From: Macrostomum lignano
Lineage: Eukaryota
Length of the DNA stretch: 64,000 bases
Reading direction: 5' to 3'
Assembly: GCA_002269645.1 (NCBI GenBank)
Contig: NIVC01000686.1
Location: forward strand, 62,001-126,000
Part shown: piece after piece, positions 1 through 11,900 of the stretch
Layout: every line of letters begins with the position of its first letter
Position numbering within the stretch: position 1 is the first letter of the stretch
Made by a program: the position numbers and the translations under genes
Notes under the pieces: model-generated
Told to the model about the DNA's origin: nothing
What the model saw: the letters and a program-made list of their open reading frames with translations, nothing else
Database searches by the model: none

Positions 1-1294
1 TTGCCGCAGCCGACCGGAACAGCCATTGCGGAGCAGCGTGACGCCCCCCTCCCTCCCTGTATGAATGATGATTAGTGCAACACAGCTGTTACACAGGCGC
101 TAATCCTGTAATTCGATTCCATATATATATTTATAGTAAGTTGATTAATCACATAGATTATAAACATTGGAACGCCCAAAAGTTGGTGCGAAATCCCTTT
201 TGTTATCATTGGCCACGGATACTAAAATAGCTACGACGTAGATGGGCCACTCAGGCATATATACTTAGCAAAACAGCTTTCTACTGTCAGTTCAGTGGCA
301 AAGAAGAATCCATAAGCTATTTTATAAAAATACAGGCAGCTGAAATGACTTTGATAAGTTTAGAAGCCCAAGCTTTCAGGCGTAAACAACTTGCTAATTG
401 GTTCAGCAATAATGTACATTGGCCAGTCCACTGAAATGTACATGGCAGCTTTAGGCTGGAATTCCGAGAATGACAATAAAAATTGGGGCTGGACGTCGGG
501 GGGGGGGGTAGTCTGGAAAGGCGCGGTTGGAGGGTTTGAGCGGGGGGGTAAGAGCCTATAAATGAGCCTTGGCTTTAAAAATACATACTAAAAATACTAC
601 TAAACTAAAAGTAGCTTACACGCAAATGTGCTGTGTGGCCCATCTAGTTATTCTAGTATCTGTGTTACAGATCAAATCAGGGCTTAATTATTCAAATTAT
701 TTTCAGTTATTTTTTAGTATCGATCTGTCTGCCTGTTGGTACTGTCTGTCTGCCTGTTGGCTAATATATTTTATTTCTTAATACGCGTAATTATACTTTC
801 TCTTTTTATCAAGCAATCAGGAAATAATGCTTTAATTGTTTTGCCGCGTTAAGTTCGCTGATGCCACGAATTGCCCAGCCAGCCGGCCTCCCCCCGTCTG
901 TCTGTCCAGTGTGTTTCAAATGAGTTACCAGGCGAGAACTTCAGGAATTCATACACTTTTTATTGGTTTCGATATTTATCCTAATCTGCTCCCCCCCCCC
1001 CGACTCTGTTTTGCCCAATCCACATGCTGCTATTCTCACGTGTACACTTTGGCAGGAGATTTCATCTGGTTTTTTAACTGCTTTAACTGCGCCTCACTTA
1101 CTTTGTGTTTTTTTATAAATATTTTTGTGTTCTATTTTCTGCAAGTAGCCGTAACTGCTCTGTTGAATCAGGTGTCTCTGCGTGATTTTGTAACCGCTTT
1201 TCTTGTGCTCTGCTATTGCTGCTTTCAGTGCTATCGAGAGCTGCTCCAGCTGCTTGTAATCCTGCAGCTAATCAGCTTCTGTGCTCAGTCTGAG

Positions 1295-1817
1295 CAGCCT
1301 CCCCCTGCAGTTGCTGGGCCAGCCTCCCAGATCCTCAGTTGCTGGGCTACTGCCGACCTCGATCCTCCTGCAGTTGCTGGGCTACTGCCGACCTCCCAGA
1401 TCCTCAGTTGCTGGGTCATCACCAGCCTCCCAGATCCTCAGTTGCTGGGTCATCACCAGCCTCCCAGATCCTCAGTTGCTGGGTCATCACCAGCCTCCCA
1501 GATCCTCAGTTGCTGGGTCATCACCAGCCTCCCAGATCCTCAGTTGCTGGGTCATCATCAGCCTCCCAGATCCTCAGTTGCTGGGTCATCACCAGCCTCC
1601 CAGATCCTCAGTTGCTGGGTCATCATCAGCCTCCCAGATCCTCAGTTGCTGGGTCATCACCAGCCTCCCAGATCCTCAGTTGCTGGGTCATCATCAGCCT
1701 CCCAGATCCTCAGTTGCTGGGTCATCACCAGCCTCCCAGATCCTCAGTTGCTGGGTCATCATCAGCCTCCCAGTTCCTCAGTTGCTGGGTCATCACCAGC
1801 CTCCCAGATCCTCAGTT
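1295..1817. repeat. 34-bp minisatellite (CAGCCTCCCAGATCCTCAGTTGCTGGGTCATCAC), about 13 copies plus degenerate leaders
   Basis: Direct reading. Confidence 0.95.
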
Positions 1818-2859
1818 TAAACTCGAATCTGGCTGTACTGGCTGAGCTGTGGGTCGTTCTATTTTTTTATTCCCAAACTATGTTGTCGTTACCTCCAGCT
1901 TTACCAAACTACCTCGCTATGTTTTATATGCGCTTTGCATTGTATCTGTTCTCGTGAAGATTGCTGGCTGCATTGGCATTGCCGCCCTGTGTCACCCGCA
2001 TGCATTGTCATTTCCTCATTTCCATTGGGTTCCATCGTTGATTTATTAATGTGTACATACGCCTAACTGTGGCCCATATTTTTACACTGAGCTTCACCTG
2101 TGGTTTTCGCTTTCATTAACATTATGCATTGTATTCTGTATATAGCACTGCGCATTCTGAATTCACAAATTCATTGGGCCCTGGCTAGTTTAAAATAACA
2201 ATTGAAATGGTCAAATATTAGCTAAGTCTGCTACTAATAGTAGCGTAATGACGCAAAATAATAAGAATCTAGATTTTCTAGATTGTAGACTCTGAAGCTT
2301 GGCCCGGTATTAAGCAATCAAGCAACCTGGCGCTCATCTGTACATGCACCGCATCTCCGTACACGCGTAGACCGTAATCCCCCTTTTCTCAGCCAGCTTT
2401 TTTGTAAATTTTTCTTTCGAAAAATCTTTACTGACTCAGGATTATTTGCTGCGCTTTTTGCTTTTGATTTCGCTTGCTTCTTTCATCCCGTCTATGCCTC
2501 CTGTTCTCTTGTTCAGTGGGTCAAAAATCAACTGGGTTAAAATTGTATACTTTCGATACATATCGGCATCGAAGTTTAGCAAGAACTGATGTTGAAATCG
2601 ATAGTACTCGTAGTAGTAGCTTGATTGTGAGAAAGACACAGCTAGCTTAGACTTCTAGTAAGTACTAGACCCGTCTATTAGGCCCGTCTTCTTTCCGGTT
2701 GTCTGGATTTCTTGTTGCGCGTGTTCGACATCAAAGCGCGAGTTCCCCATCTTAAAGACAATATAATTTGAACGAATGCCTACTATGAATAGTCTACTAT
2801 GATTGAAGCTTATACAGAGACACTACAGTGATGCTGTTTTCTTCTTGTGTTTAATTTTT

Positions 2860-3010
2860 TAGCCTAGTGGTTAGAGCGTCGGACTCACGACTGAAAGGTC
2901 GGGGGTTCGATTCTCGACCCACTCGCTCGGAAAAAAATTGTGTTCTTGAGCAAGGCACTTAACTCTGCATTGCTTCAGTTCACCCAGCTGTAAAATGGGT
3001 GCCAGCATTA
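2860..3010 (+). mobile_element. tRNA-derived SINE with CORE-like domain (3' end uncertain, possibly to ~3165)
   Basis: A box TAGCCTAGTGG (2860) and B box GGTTCGATTC (2904), followed by TGTGTTCTTGAGCAAGGCACTTAACTCTGCATTGCTTCAGTTCACCCAGCTGTAAAATGGG, which closely parallels the MIR CORE consensus. Confidence 0.8.
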
Positions 3011-3650
3011 GCTGGGGTAATTGAGGCTGTGTGTGGCGACCTCCAAGTCCTTGGACTGAACAGCCGTACGCAGCCTTCAGATGCGGCTGAGTCAGAGCTT
3101 GCGTGTGCTATGGTACAAGTACAAAACGGCTTTAATCAAGAGGGCAATTGTTCAGTTCAATTCACACACATTATTACAAAATTTGTGCGGAAAATGACGA
3201 ATACTGAACGATGGCGTGCTGTTGGGATGCTGGAAGTCAATAAGTGAAACTATTCGAAGATTTGATAGGGCCCGAGAGCAGCAATTCGAAGTCCTGCGAG
3301 GTTCGGCATGGCTGAACAGCCAGAGCTGATGGCTGTCTGCTTCGAATTTTAGGGCAAACTCGCACTCTCTCAGACACCCTGCTCAAGCGCAGCATGCAAA
3401 AAGAGAATCACTGCGCATGTTGTGCGTAGTCAAAGCTCAAAATTCAACCCAGGAGTTACGCTACAACGCCGCGAACTAAAAAAGGGGGTGACAGTCAATA
3501 ACAATGAATTACATTGCTTTTGCAAACTGAAGAGAAGATTGGAGATTCTCCCACTAAGGATTAACTTGCTTGCTGTTTGGCTTGGAAATGCTGTATTGTT
3601 GGGGAGCACGGAGTCCTCTCTATCGCATGAAGAGCACCGATCTTTGTACC

Positions 3651-3981
3651 GACTCAATGGAGAGCAGGACTGACTCAATGGAGGGCAGGACTGACTCAAT
3701 GGAGAGCAGGACTGACTCAATGGAGAGCAGGACTGACTCAATGGAGAGCAGGACTGACTCAATGGAGGGCAGGACTGACTCAATGGAGAGCAGGACTGAC
3801 TCAATGGAGAGCAGGACTGACTCAATGGAGAGCAGGACTGACTCAATGGAGAGCAGGACTGACTCAATGGAGAGCAGGACTGACTCAATGGAGAGCAGGA
3901 CTGACTCAATGTATAGAGCAGGACTGACTCAATGGAGAGCAGGACTGACTCAATGGAGAGCAGGACTGACTCAATGGAGAG
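3651..3981. repeat. 21-bp minisatellite (GACTCAATGGAGAGCAGGACT), about 15 copies
   Basis: Direct reading. Confidence 0.95.
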
Positions 3982-4508
3982 TCATTGCACTTGGCTGCAT
4001 GCTAGGCGGAGGGAGAATGCCAGATTGCCTACTGCAAGGACTAAGCAACTGGACAGCGGAGATCAGACAAATTTTGTGGCGTCAGTCACCCCTCAGACAG
4101 AAGATGCTGCATAAGAAATCCGAATTCGGAGCTTAACGAATCGCGTCCCCCCCTTCTCTCAGTTCAGCCAATGGTGCAACGGCTTTTGACGAACATTTGG
4201 CCGGCAAAAAACAGTTTTATAGCTGGTGTTTTCCTCGCTTTGCACCATTCCAGCTGATAAAAGCCTCTCTATTGCTGGTAGCTGGTATTTCTCTGCTGCT
4301 TTTTCAACCTTTGCTTGATTGGCCTGCAGCCTCTTCCCTGTGATGTCGCCGCCGCTGATGCAGTTTCCGCTTTTATTGCTGCTCCTGCTGCACTCCGCTA
4401 GAGAAGCCAACGCTCAGCCGGATTTTGGCAGGTGCGTTTATGAATGACCGGAGTTCATCTGTGTTCGGGGTGGGCTCTTAGGATTGTAGTAGGAAACCGG
4501 GGATTTTA

Positions 4509-5504
4509 AGACAAGGAGTCAGGAGATCAGACAAGGAGTCAGGAAGATCAGACAAGGAGTCAGGGGATCAGACAAGGAGTCAGGAAGATCAGACAAGGAG
4601 TCAGGAAGATCAGACAAGGAGTCAGGAAGATCAGACAAGGAGTCAGGAAGATCAGACAAGGAGTCAGGAAGATCAGACAAGGAGTCAGGAAGATCAGACA
4701 AGGAGTCAGGAAGATCAGACAAGGAGTCAGGAAGATCAGACAAGGAGTCAGGAAGATCAGACAAGGAGTCAGGAAGATCAGACAAGGAGTCAGGAAGATC
4801 AGACAAGGAGTCAGGAAGATCAGTCAAGGAGTCAGGGGATCAGACAAAGAGTCAGGGGATCAGACAAGGAGTCAGGAGATCAGACAAGGAGTCAGGAAGA
4901 TCAGACAAGGAGTCAGGGGATCAGACAAGGAGTCAGGAAGATCAGACAAGGAGTCAGGAAGATCAGACAAGGAGTCAGGAAGATCAGACAAGGAGTCAGG
5001 AAGATCAGACAAGGAGTCAGGAAGATCAGTCAAGGAGTCAGGGGATCAGACAAAGAGTCAGGGGATCAGACAAAGAGTCAGGAAGATCAGACAAGGAGTC
5101 AGGAAGATCAGACAAGGAGTCAGGAAGATCAGACAAGGAGTCAGGAAGATCAGACAAGGAGTCAGGAAGATCAGACAAGGAGTCAGGAAGATCAGACAAG
5201 GAGTCAGGAAGATCAGACAAGGAGTCAGGAGATCAGACAAAGAGTCAGGGGATCAGACAAGGAGTCAGGGGATCAGACAAGGAGTCAGGAAGATCAGACA
5301 AGGAGTCAGGGGATCAGACAAAGAGTCAGGGGATCAGACAAGGAGTCAGGGGATTAGACAAGGAGTCAGGAAGATCAGACAAGGAGTCAGGAAGATCAGA
5401 CAAGGAGTCAGGAAGATCAGACAAGGAGTCAGGGGATCAGACAAGGAGTCAGGGGATCAGACAAGGAGTCAGGAAGATCAGACAAGGAGTCAGGAAGATC
5501 AGAC
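4509..5504. repeat. 21-bp minisatellite (AGACAAGGAGTCAGGAAGATC), about 47 copies
   Basis: Direct reading. Confidence 0.95.
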
Positions 5505-5848
5505 ACGAAGAATAAGTAAGGATCAGATTAGGAAGTCAGAGTGTCATAGCCAAATTGCAATAGAATTCCATAAATGAAAATTGACTGGCAGGTATCTTGT
5601 GTTGCTATGCCGCTGGCTGCATCATAAATTAATGGCAGCATCTTATTCTACATTGCCGCTAGGGTGGAACAGCAATTAACCCCAATAATTGCTACCTGAA
5701 CTGACCTTGGTGAACTGACGCGGGCGCTGAGTCACAAGAGACTGCGGCGGCGGGGCCTACTGAACGGGGGGAGCAGTTGACGTCATGGACTTCTGAATGG
5801 AACTTCTGGATCGTGAAAACTAGGAGGCTAGCTTTGATGTGATGATGC

Positions 5849-6895
5849 TACACAGTGATAGGGATTATAATTTTATCAGACAGTGATTGGGATTATAATT
5901 TTATCAGACAGTGATAGGGATTATAATTTTATCAGACAGTGATAGGGATTATAATTTTATCAGACAGTGATTGGGATTATAATTTTATCAGACAGTGATA
6001 GGGATTATAATTTTATCAGACAGTGATAGGGATTATAATTTTATCAGACAGTGATTGGGATTATAATTTTATCAGACAGTGATTGGGATTATAATTTTAT
6101 CAGACAGTGATAGGGATTATAATTTTATCAGACAGTGATTGGGATTATAATGAGATCAGACAGTGATTGGGATTATAATTTTATCAGACAGTGATAGGGA
6201 TTATAATTTTATCAGACAGTGATTGGGATTATAATTTTATCAGACAGTGATTGGGATTATAATTTTATCAGACAGTGATTGGGATTATAATGAGATCAGA
6301 CAGTGATTGGGATTATAATTTTATCAGACAGTGATTGGGATTATAATTTTATCAGACAGTGATTGGGATTATAATGAGATCAGACAGTGATTGGGATTAT
6401 AATTTTATCAGACAGTGATTGGGATTATAATGAGATCAGACAGTGATTGGGATTATAATGGGATCAGACAGTGATTGGGATTATAATTTTATCAGACAGT
6501 GATTGGGATTATAATTTTATCAGACAGTGATTGGGATTATAATTTTATCAGACAGTGATTGGGATTATAATGGGATAAGACAGTGATTGGGATTATAATT
6601 TTATCAGACAGTGATTGGGATTATAATTTTATCAGACAGTGATTGGGATTATAATTTTATCAGACAGTGATTGGGATTATAATGAGATCAGACAGTGATT
6701 GGGATTATAATGAGATCAGACAGTGATTGGGATTATAATTTTATCAGACAGTGATTGGGATTATAATGGGATCAGACAGTGATAGGGATTATAATTTTAT
6801 CAGACAGTGATTGGGATTATAATGGGATCAGACAGTGATTGGAATTTTAATGGGATCAGACAGTGATTGGGATTATAATGGGATCCGGCAGTGAT
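5849..6895. repeat. 28-bp minisatellite (CAGACAGTGATTGGGATTATAATTTTAT), about 37 copies
   Basis: Direct reading. Confidence 0.95.
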
Positions 6896-7578
6896 AGGTA
6901 TAAAAATCTGGCTTATCGGTTTCCAGTCCAGATACTTAACCTCAAACTCCGTGGCGTCCTTGAGTGCGTTAACGGCGGGTGGGCTGGCGCCCTGACGGAC
7001 AGCACCTGTTGGAAATCTGGGATCTTTAGAGGGGGGGGGAGTTCGAGGCTTCATAAAGCGCGAATGACTGTTGGGGATTTTCTGAGAGTTTCGGAATCGG
7101 GTAGTTCAGATTCAGGAGCATCTGATGCCCTGGGCGGCAGACGGGCTGTCAGGGTCGCTCAGCAGGTGCGGCGGCACGGCACACCTGGAAATTTTTTTTC
7201 AATTTGCTTTCTAAAATTCGTTTACCCTAGTTTTGGGAGGCTCTTCGAGGCTATATGATGATATACTGATAGTCTCCTGCATTAAATGTTCAATGCTGCT
7301 TTTAAATTATTTGTGTAAATTTGGAACAGATGGCGTGCGCAATCTTGCTAGCTTTCTGGGTAGATTAGATACCAAAACGGTGATTTGGATAAAAATGGGA
7401 TCTGTAAAATATTGGGATAAAAATGGGATCCAAGAAGGATTGGGATAAAAATATGATCCGAGTGGGATTGGGATAAAAAAGGGATCCGAGAATAGGGATA
7501 AGAATGGAGATTACACAGATATCGGGATGAAAATGGGATTAAACTGTGATTTACCTGTAGTTAGGATGAAAGCAGGAT

Positions 7579-7692
<114 letters not shown>

Positions 7693-7831
7693 CTGGCTGG
7701 GGGGCAGAAAGGAGCAAATTCTAGACCTGCTTGGTACTATAGAAAATCGGCAGAAAAGCTTACCAATTCTACCTGAGAGAGCTAGAGAAAAAGATCGATA
7801 CAAAACAAAATCTGCTTGTCTTCCTGTACCC

Positions 7832-7890
7832 ATGCAGCTGGCACACGGACAAGCTATTTACACACACACTTACACAACCTTATGCTGGAG
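7832..7890 (+). CDS. Candidate upstream exon of the divergent Cys-loop gene (MQ/LAHGQAIYTHTYTTLCW)
   Basis: The donor GAG|GTGCGC at 7891 is phase 2, matching the acceptor at 8932. It could begin at ATG 7832 or at the CAG acceptor 7837. No clear signal peptide. Confidence 0.3.
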
Positions 7891-8496
7891 GTGCGCAAGT
7901 GGCTTCAATTCTCCAAAACACTTATTAGCGGGCGGGGGCCTAATCAACGACTGTCGTTTGACTCGGGCCAAACTTCCCAGGGCCAGCTGAGGGTGGCAGA
8001 GGCACAGACAGACAGGCATGAAGAGAGTCTGGACAACTGGGACAAACGGGAAAAGTGCTGGGAAGGCCAGGAAATGACTGACCGTAGTCTATTACTCTCC
8101 CAGAAACTATAAGGGCCGCAGTGTTGGCCCAGTTTCCGCACCAGCTCGCCTGCATGTAGCAAAACCTGTATTCATAATTGCAGGAAATTGTTGGCTGAAA
8201 AATTTGTGCTTACAAATTCTATGAATTTTAATGTGGAATGAACTGTTTTAGAGATTCAGATGTGCTGTTTTAGACTTGTAATAGTTCTGCTTTTTGTTCG
8301 GCTTTGTGGGAATACAAAACTTGGGATGCGAGTAATCATTTCTTGTATAATAATAATTTTGTTAATAAAGTCGGTTGCTTGCTCAAAGATAATGAGGCTT
8401 CCCTTAAGCCTTATTAAGAATAATAGGGCGTAAGGGAAATGAGAATCAAAGATAATGAGGCTTAAGGATAATGAAGCTTAATGAGAATAAGGTTTC

Positions 8497-8865
8497 AGGG
8501 CTGTGAGGTTTTAGGGCTGAGGTTTTAGGCCTGTGATGCTTCAGGGCCATGAGGCTTCAGGGCTGTGAGGCTTCAGGGCTGTGAGGCTTCAGGGCTGTGA
8601 GGCTTCAGGGCTGTGAGGCTTCAGGGCCATGAGGCTTCAGGGCTGTGAGGCTTCAGGCCCATGAGGCTTCAGGGCTGTGAGGCTTCAGGGCCATGAGGCT
8701 TCAGGGCCATGAGGCTTCAGGCCCATGAGGCTTCAGGGCTGTGAGGCTTCAGGGCTGTGAGGCTTCAGGGCTGTGAGGCTTCAGGGCTGTGAGGCTTCAG
8801 GCCCATGAGGCTTCAGGCCCATGAGGCTTCAGGGCTGTGAGGCTTCAGGGCCATGAGGCTTCAGG
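8497..8865. repeat. 16-bp minisatellite (GAGGCTTCAGGGCTGT)
   Basis: Direct reading. Confidence 0.95.
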
Positions 8866-8931
8866 ATGCAAAGCCTTATGGACAAAGAGGATGCACATGC
8901 TCTGATTAAAACTCTCTCACCTAAATGACAG

Positions 8932-11900
8932 TCCGACCTCGCACCCGGACAGGAAACTGAGCACGGAGTCGGTCAAGGAGCAGATCCGCTCCCTGTACAT
9001 GAACATGGACGTGCCAGAGATTGCACCGTTAGGCGACTCTGTTGACGGCCTGTTGAATGTCTCACTCGAGATCGGACGGGTGCTGCGGTTTGCTAATCAG
9101 GCGAGTTTTTTGCTGTGCAAATTAGAAATCATCTTTGACATGATCTGCACATTCTAAGCATTCTTGACATGATCTGCACATTGTAAACATTCTTGACATG
9201 ATCTGAACATTCTAAGCATTCTTGAAATGATCTGCACATTGTAAACATTTTTGACATGATATTCACATTCTAAACATTCTTGGCATGATCTGCACATTCT
9301 AAACATTCTTGACATGTTCTGCACATTCTAAACATTCTTGACATGATCTGCACATTCTAAACATTCTTGACATACTTTGCAAAACATTCTAAGCATTTTC
9401 ACGTTATTTGCATGTTGAACGGTCTCGCAGACTTTGCTGAAATTCCGATCATAACTCGCATTGATTCTCTACCCCCCCCCTGCCACTTTGCCAGATCCTG
9501 GACATGTCCATCACCCTGGAGCTGCGCTGGCGGCATCGCTTCCTGAAGATGCTCCAGGAGGACCTGCAGTCGGTGCCGCTGAACCGTCAGAATCTGTGGA
9601 CGCCGCGGATGGCCTTCGTGAATGCGTTGTCCATGGAAGAGGATCAGAACTCGCTCTACCTTCATCTGGCTCCCGGCGACAGGGCAGTGATCTACAGGCT
9701 TTGGTGAGTGTGTCTGGGGCAGTGATCTACAGGCTTTGGTGAGTGTGTCTGGGGCAGTGATCTACAGGCTTTGGTGAGGTCCAGCGCGGCGCTCTGATGC
9801 GCCAGCGGCCCAGGCTCGATTCCAAGTGCAGTCACATTAATTTGGAACTAAATTGGAATCTCGGCTTGGCTCTGTTCGTCGAGGGTCATTCCCCAAGGCA
9901 CAGTGACGTGTTCATGCCTAACGATAAATAAAGTTAGGGCCGCTGTACACTCCTGTGTGAGTGTGTGCCTGTGCGTGTGACTGCGTACGTATCCGCGCTC
10001 TTGTGTGCCTGCTCAGGGGAGTCGGCGGAATGGGCAGCAATGCCTCTCGCCGGTTGTGTGACAATGTCGCTTAAAGTGCGCCAGTGTGCACACAACCCCC
10101 CGCCTCTACGAGCGTAATTAAAAAAAGAAATGTGCAATTTTGCTACCTATCTAGGCTGTACACTTAAGACGCCGTACATTTATAATGCACTTATATGCTG
10201 TTTATCAGCATTTATCAAGCTGTACATTTACCAGGCTGTATGTACATTTATTCTGAGGACTTAACAGTCTGTACATTGTGCGTATCCTCATCTCATAGCC
10301 GTACTCACCACAAACTGCAGGTACCGAGCGAGTGTAAGGTGCGACAGTTCCAGCATTCGGCATCCTCTAGGAGACCAACTGTGCGCGCTTGTCTTTGAAG
10401 AGAGTAAGCCGATTTGAAGCAACTTCAGGTTCCGGGTTGCTAACTTTCCAGACCTTTGGTCTTTGTTTATCTTAACTCTCTGTCTTCAACCGCAGCTCAT
10501 CCGCAGAGTCGCCGATCGATTCGGGTGAGTCCGAGCGACCGGCACCGGCTGAAGTGCAGCGAAGTGCGAGGCGGCCAGCACCCTCTGGTATATCGGGTGA
10601 CCGAGGCGGCCGGTTCTGCTGAGCAGGGTGAGCTCGACTGAAGCACGAACTGTTTGCTCCTTAGGATTCTGTTTGTGAGGCTTCCGTACAGGCAGTGAGG
10701 CTTCAGTACAGTTAGTGAGGCTTCCGTACAGGCAGTGAGGCTTCAGTACAGTTAGTGAGGCTTCAGTACAGTTAGTGAGGCTTCCGTACAGGCAGTGAGG
10801 CTTCAGTACAGTTAGTGAGGCTTCCGTACAGGCAGTGAGGCTTCAGTACAGTTAGTGAGGCCTGAGTACAGTTAGTGAGGCCTGAGTACAGTTAGTGAGG
10901 CTTCCGTACAGGCAGTGAGGCTTCAGTACAGTTAGTGAGGCCTGAGTACAGTTAGTGAGGCTTCAGTACAGTTAGTGAGGCCTGAGTACAGTTAGTGAGG
11001 CTTCAGTACAGTTAGTGAGGCTTCGGGACAGTCAGTGAGGCTTCAGGACAGTGAGTGAGGCTTCAGGACAGTCAGTGAAGCTTCAGTACAGTCAGTGAGG
11101 CTTCAGTACAGTTAGTGAGGCTTCGGGACAGTCAATGAGGCTTCAGGACAGTGAGTGAGGCTTCAGGACAGTCAGTGAGGCTTCAGGACAGTGAGTGAGG
11201 CTTCGGGACAGTCAGTGAGGCTTCAGGACAGTGAGTGAGGCTTCAGGACAGTCAGTGAAGCTTCAGTACAGTCAGTGAGGCTTCAGGACAGTCAGTGAGG
11301 CTTCGGGACAGTCAGTGAGGCTTCAGGACAGTGAGTGAGGCTTCAGGACAGTCAGTGAGGCTAGTTGGTGAGGCTTCAGGGTAATCAGTGAGGCTTCAGG
11401 GTAATCAGTGAGGCTTCAGGGTAATCAGTGAGGCTTCATTTAAAAAATCTCACTTCCACAGCTCGCGGGCTGAGACTGCAGGCGCAGGTGTGCATCCGGT
11501 CGGACCTGCTGAGCACGGCGGCCTCGCCTGAGCTTCGCCGTTGCATTCTGGCGGGTCTCCTCACCCTGTTGTGTCTGTCCAGTCTGTTTCTGCTCAGTGA
11601 ATGCCCAGCCGCTCGGGTATGCGTGAATCTGCTGGCGCTTCACTGCATCGTGCAGGTGAGACTTTTGCCTTCTGCTCTGAGTTTCTATTTTTTGTTTGAG
11701 ATTCACTGAACTTAAATTTTCTTTGAAATTTCCTTTTGAAATTATTAGATGATGCCGCTGATTCTCGCTAATTTGTATATAATCCCGTTAAAGAGAATCT
11801 TACAGAGTCTCATAGAATCTCAAAGAGTCTCATAGAATCTCACAGAATCCCATAGAATCTCACAGAATCTCATAGAATCTCACAGAATCTCATAGAATCT

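Noticed and set aside
1-26. Minus-strand start MAVPVGCG running off the window
   Set aside because: Only 8 codons are visible, so it cannot be supported.
836-1957. 373-aa ORF; signal-peptide-like LLQLLVILQLISFCAQS at ~1250 as first exon of the channel gene
   Set aside because: The length comes from AT-poor repeat sequence, and I found no convincing start or phase-compatible donor.
2860-2925. Functional tRNA-Val(CAC)
   Set aside because: The acceptor stem is missing, the anticodon stem is unpaired, and it continues into a CORE-like body. It is a SINE head.
3240-4440. Coding-like sequence interrupted by the 21-bp array (possible decayed transposon or exons)
   Set aside because: Removing the array does not restore a long frame, and no motif is recognisable.
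7940-8168. Minus-strand mini-exons (FCYMQASWCGNW...; GPGKFGPSQT, FN3-like)
   Set aside because: Splice sites are plausible, but no further exons or domain support were found.
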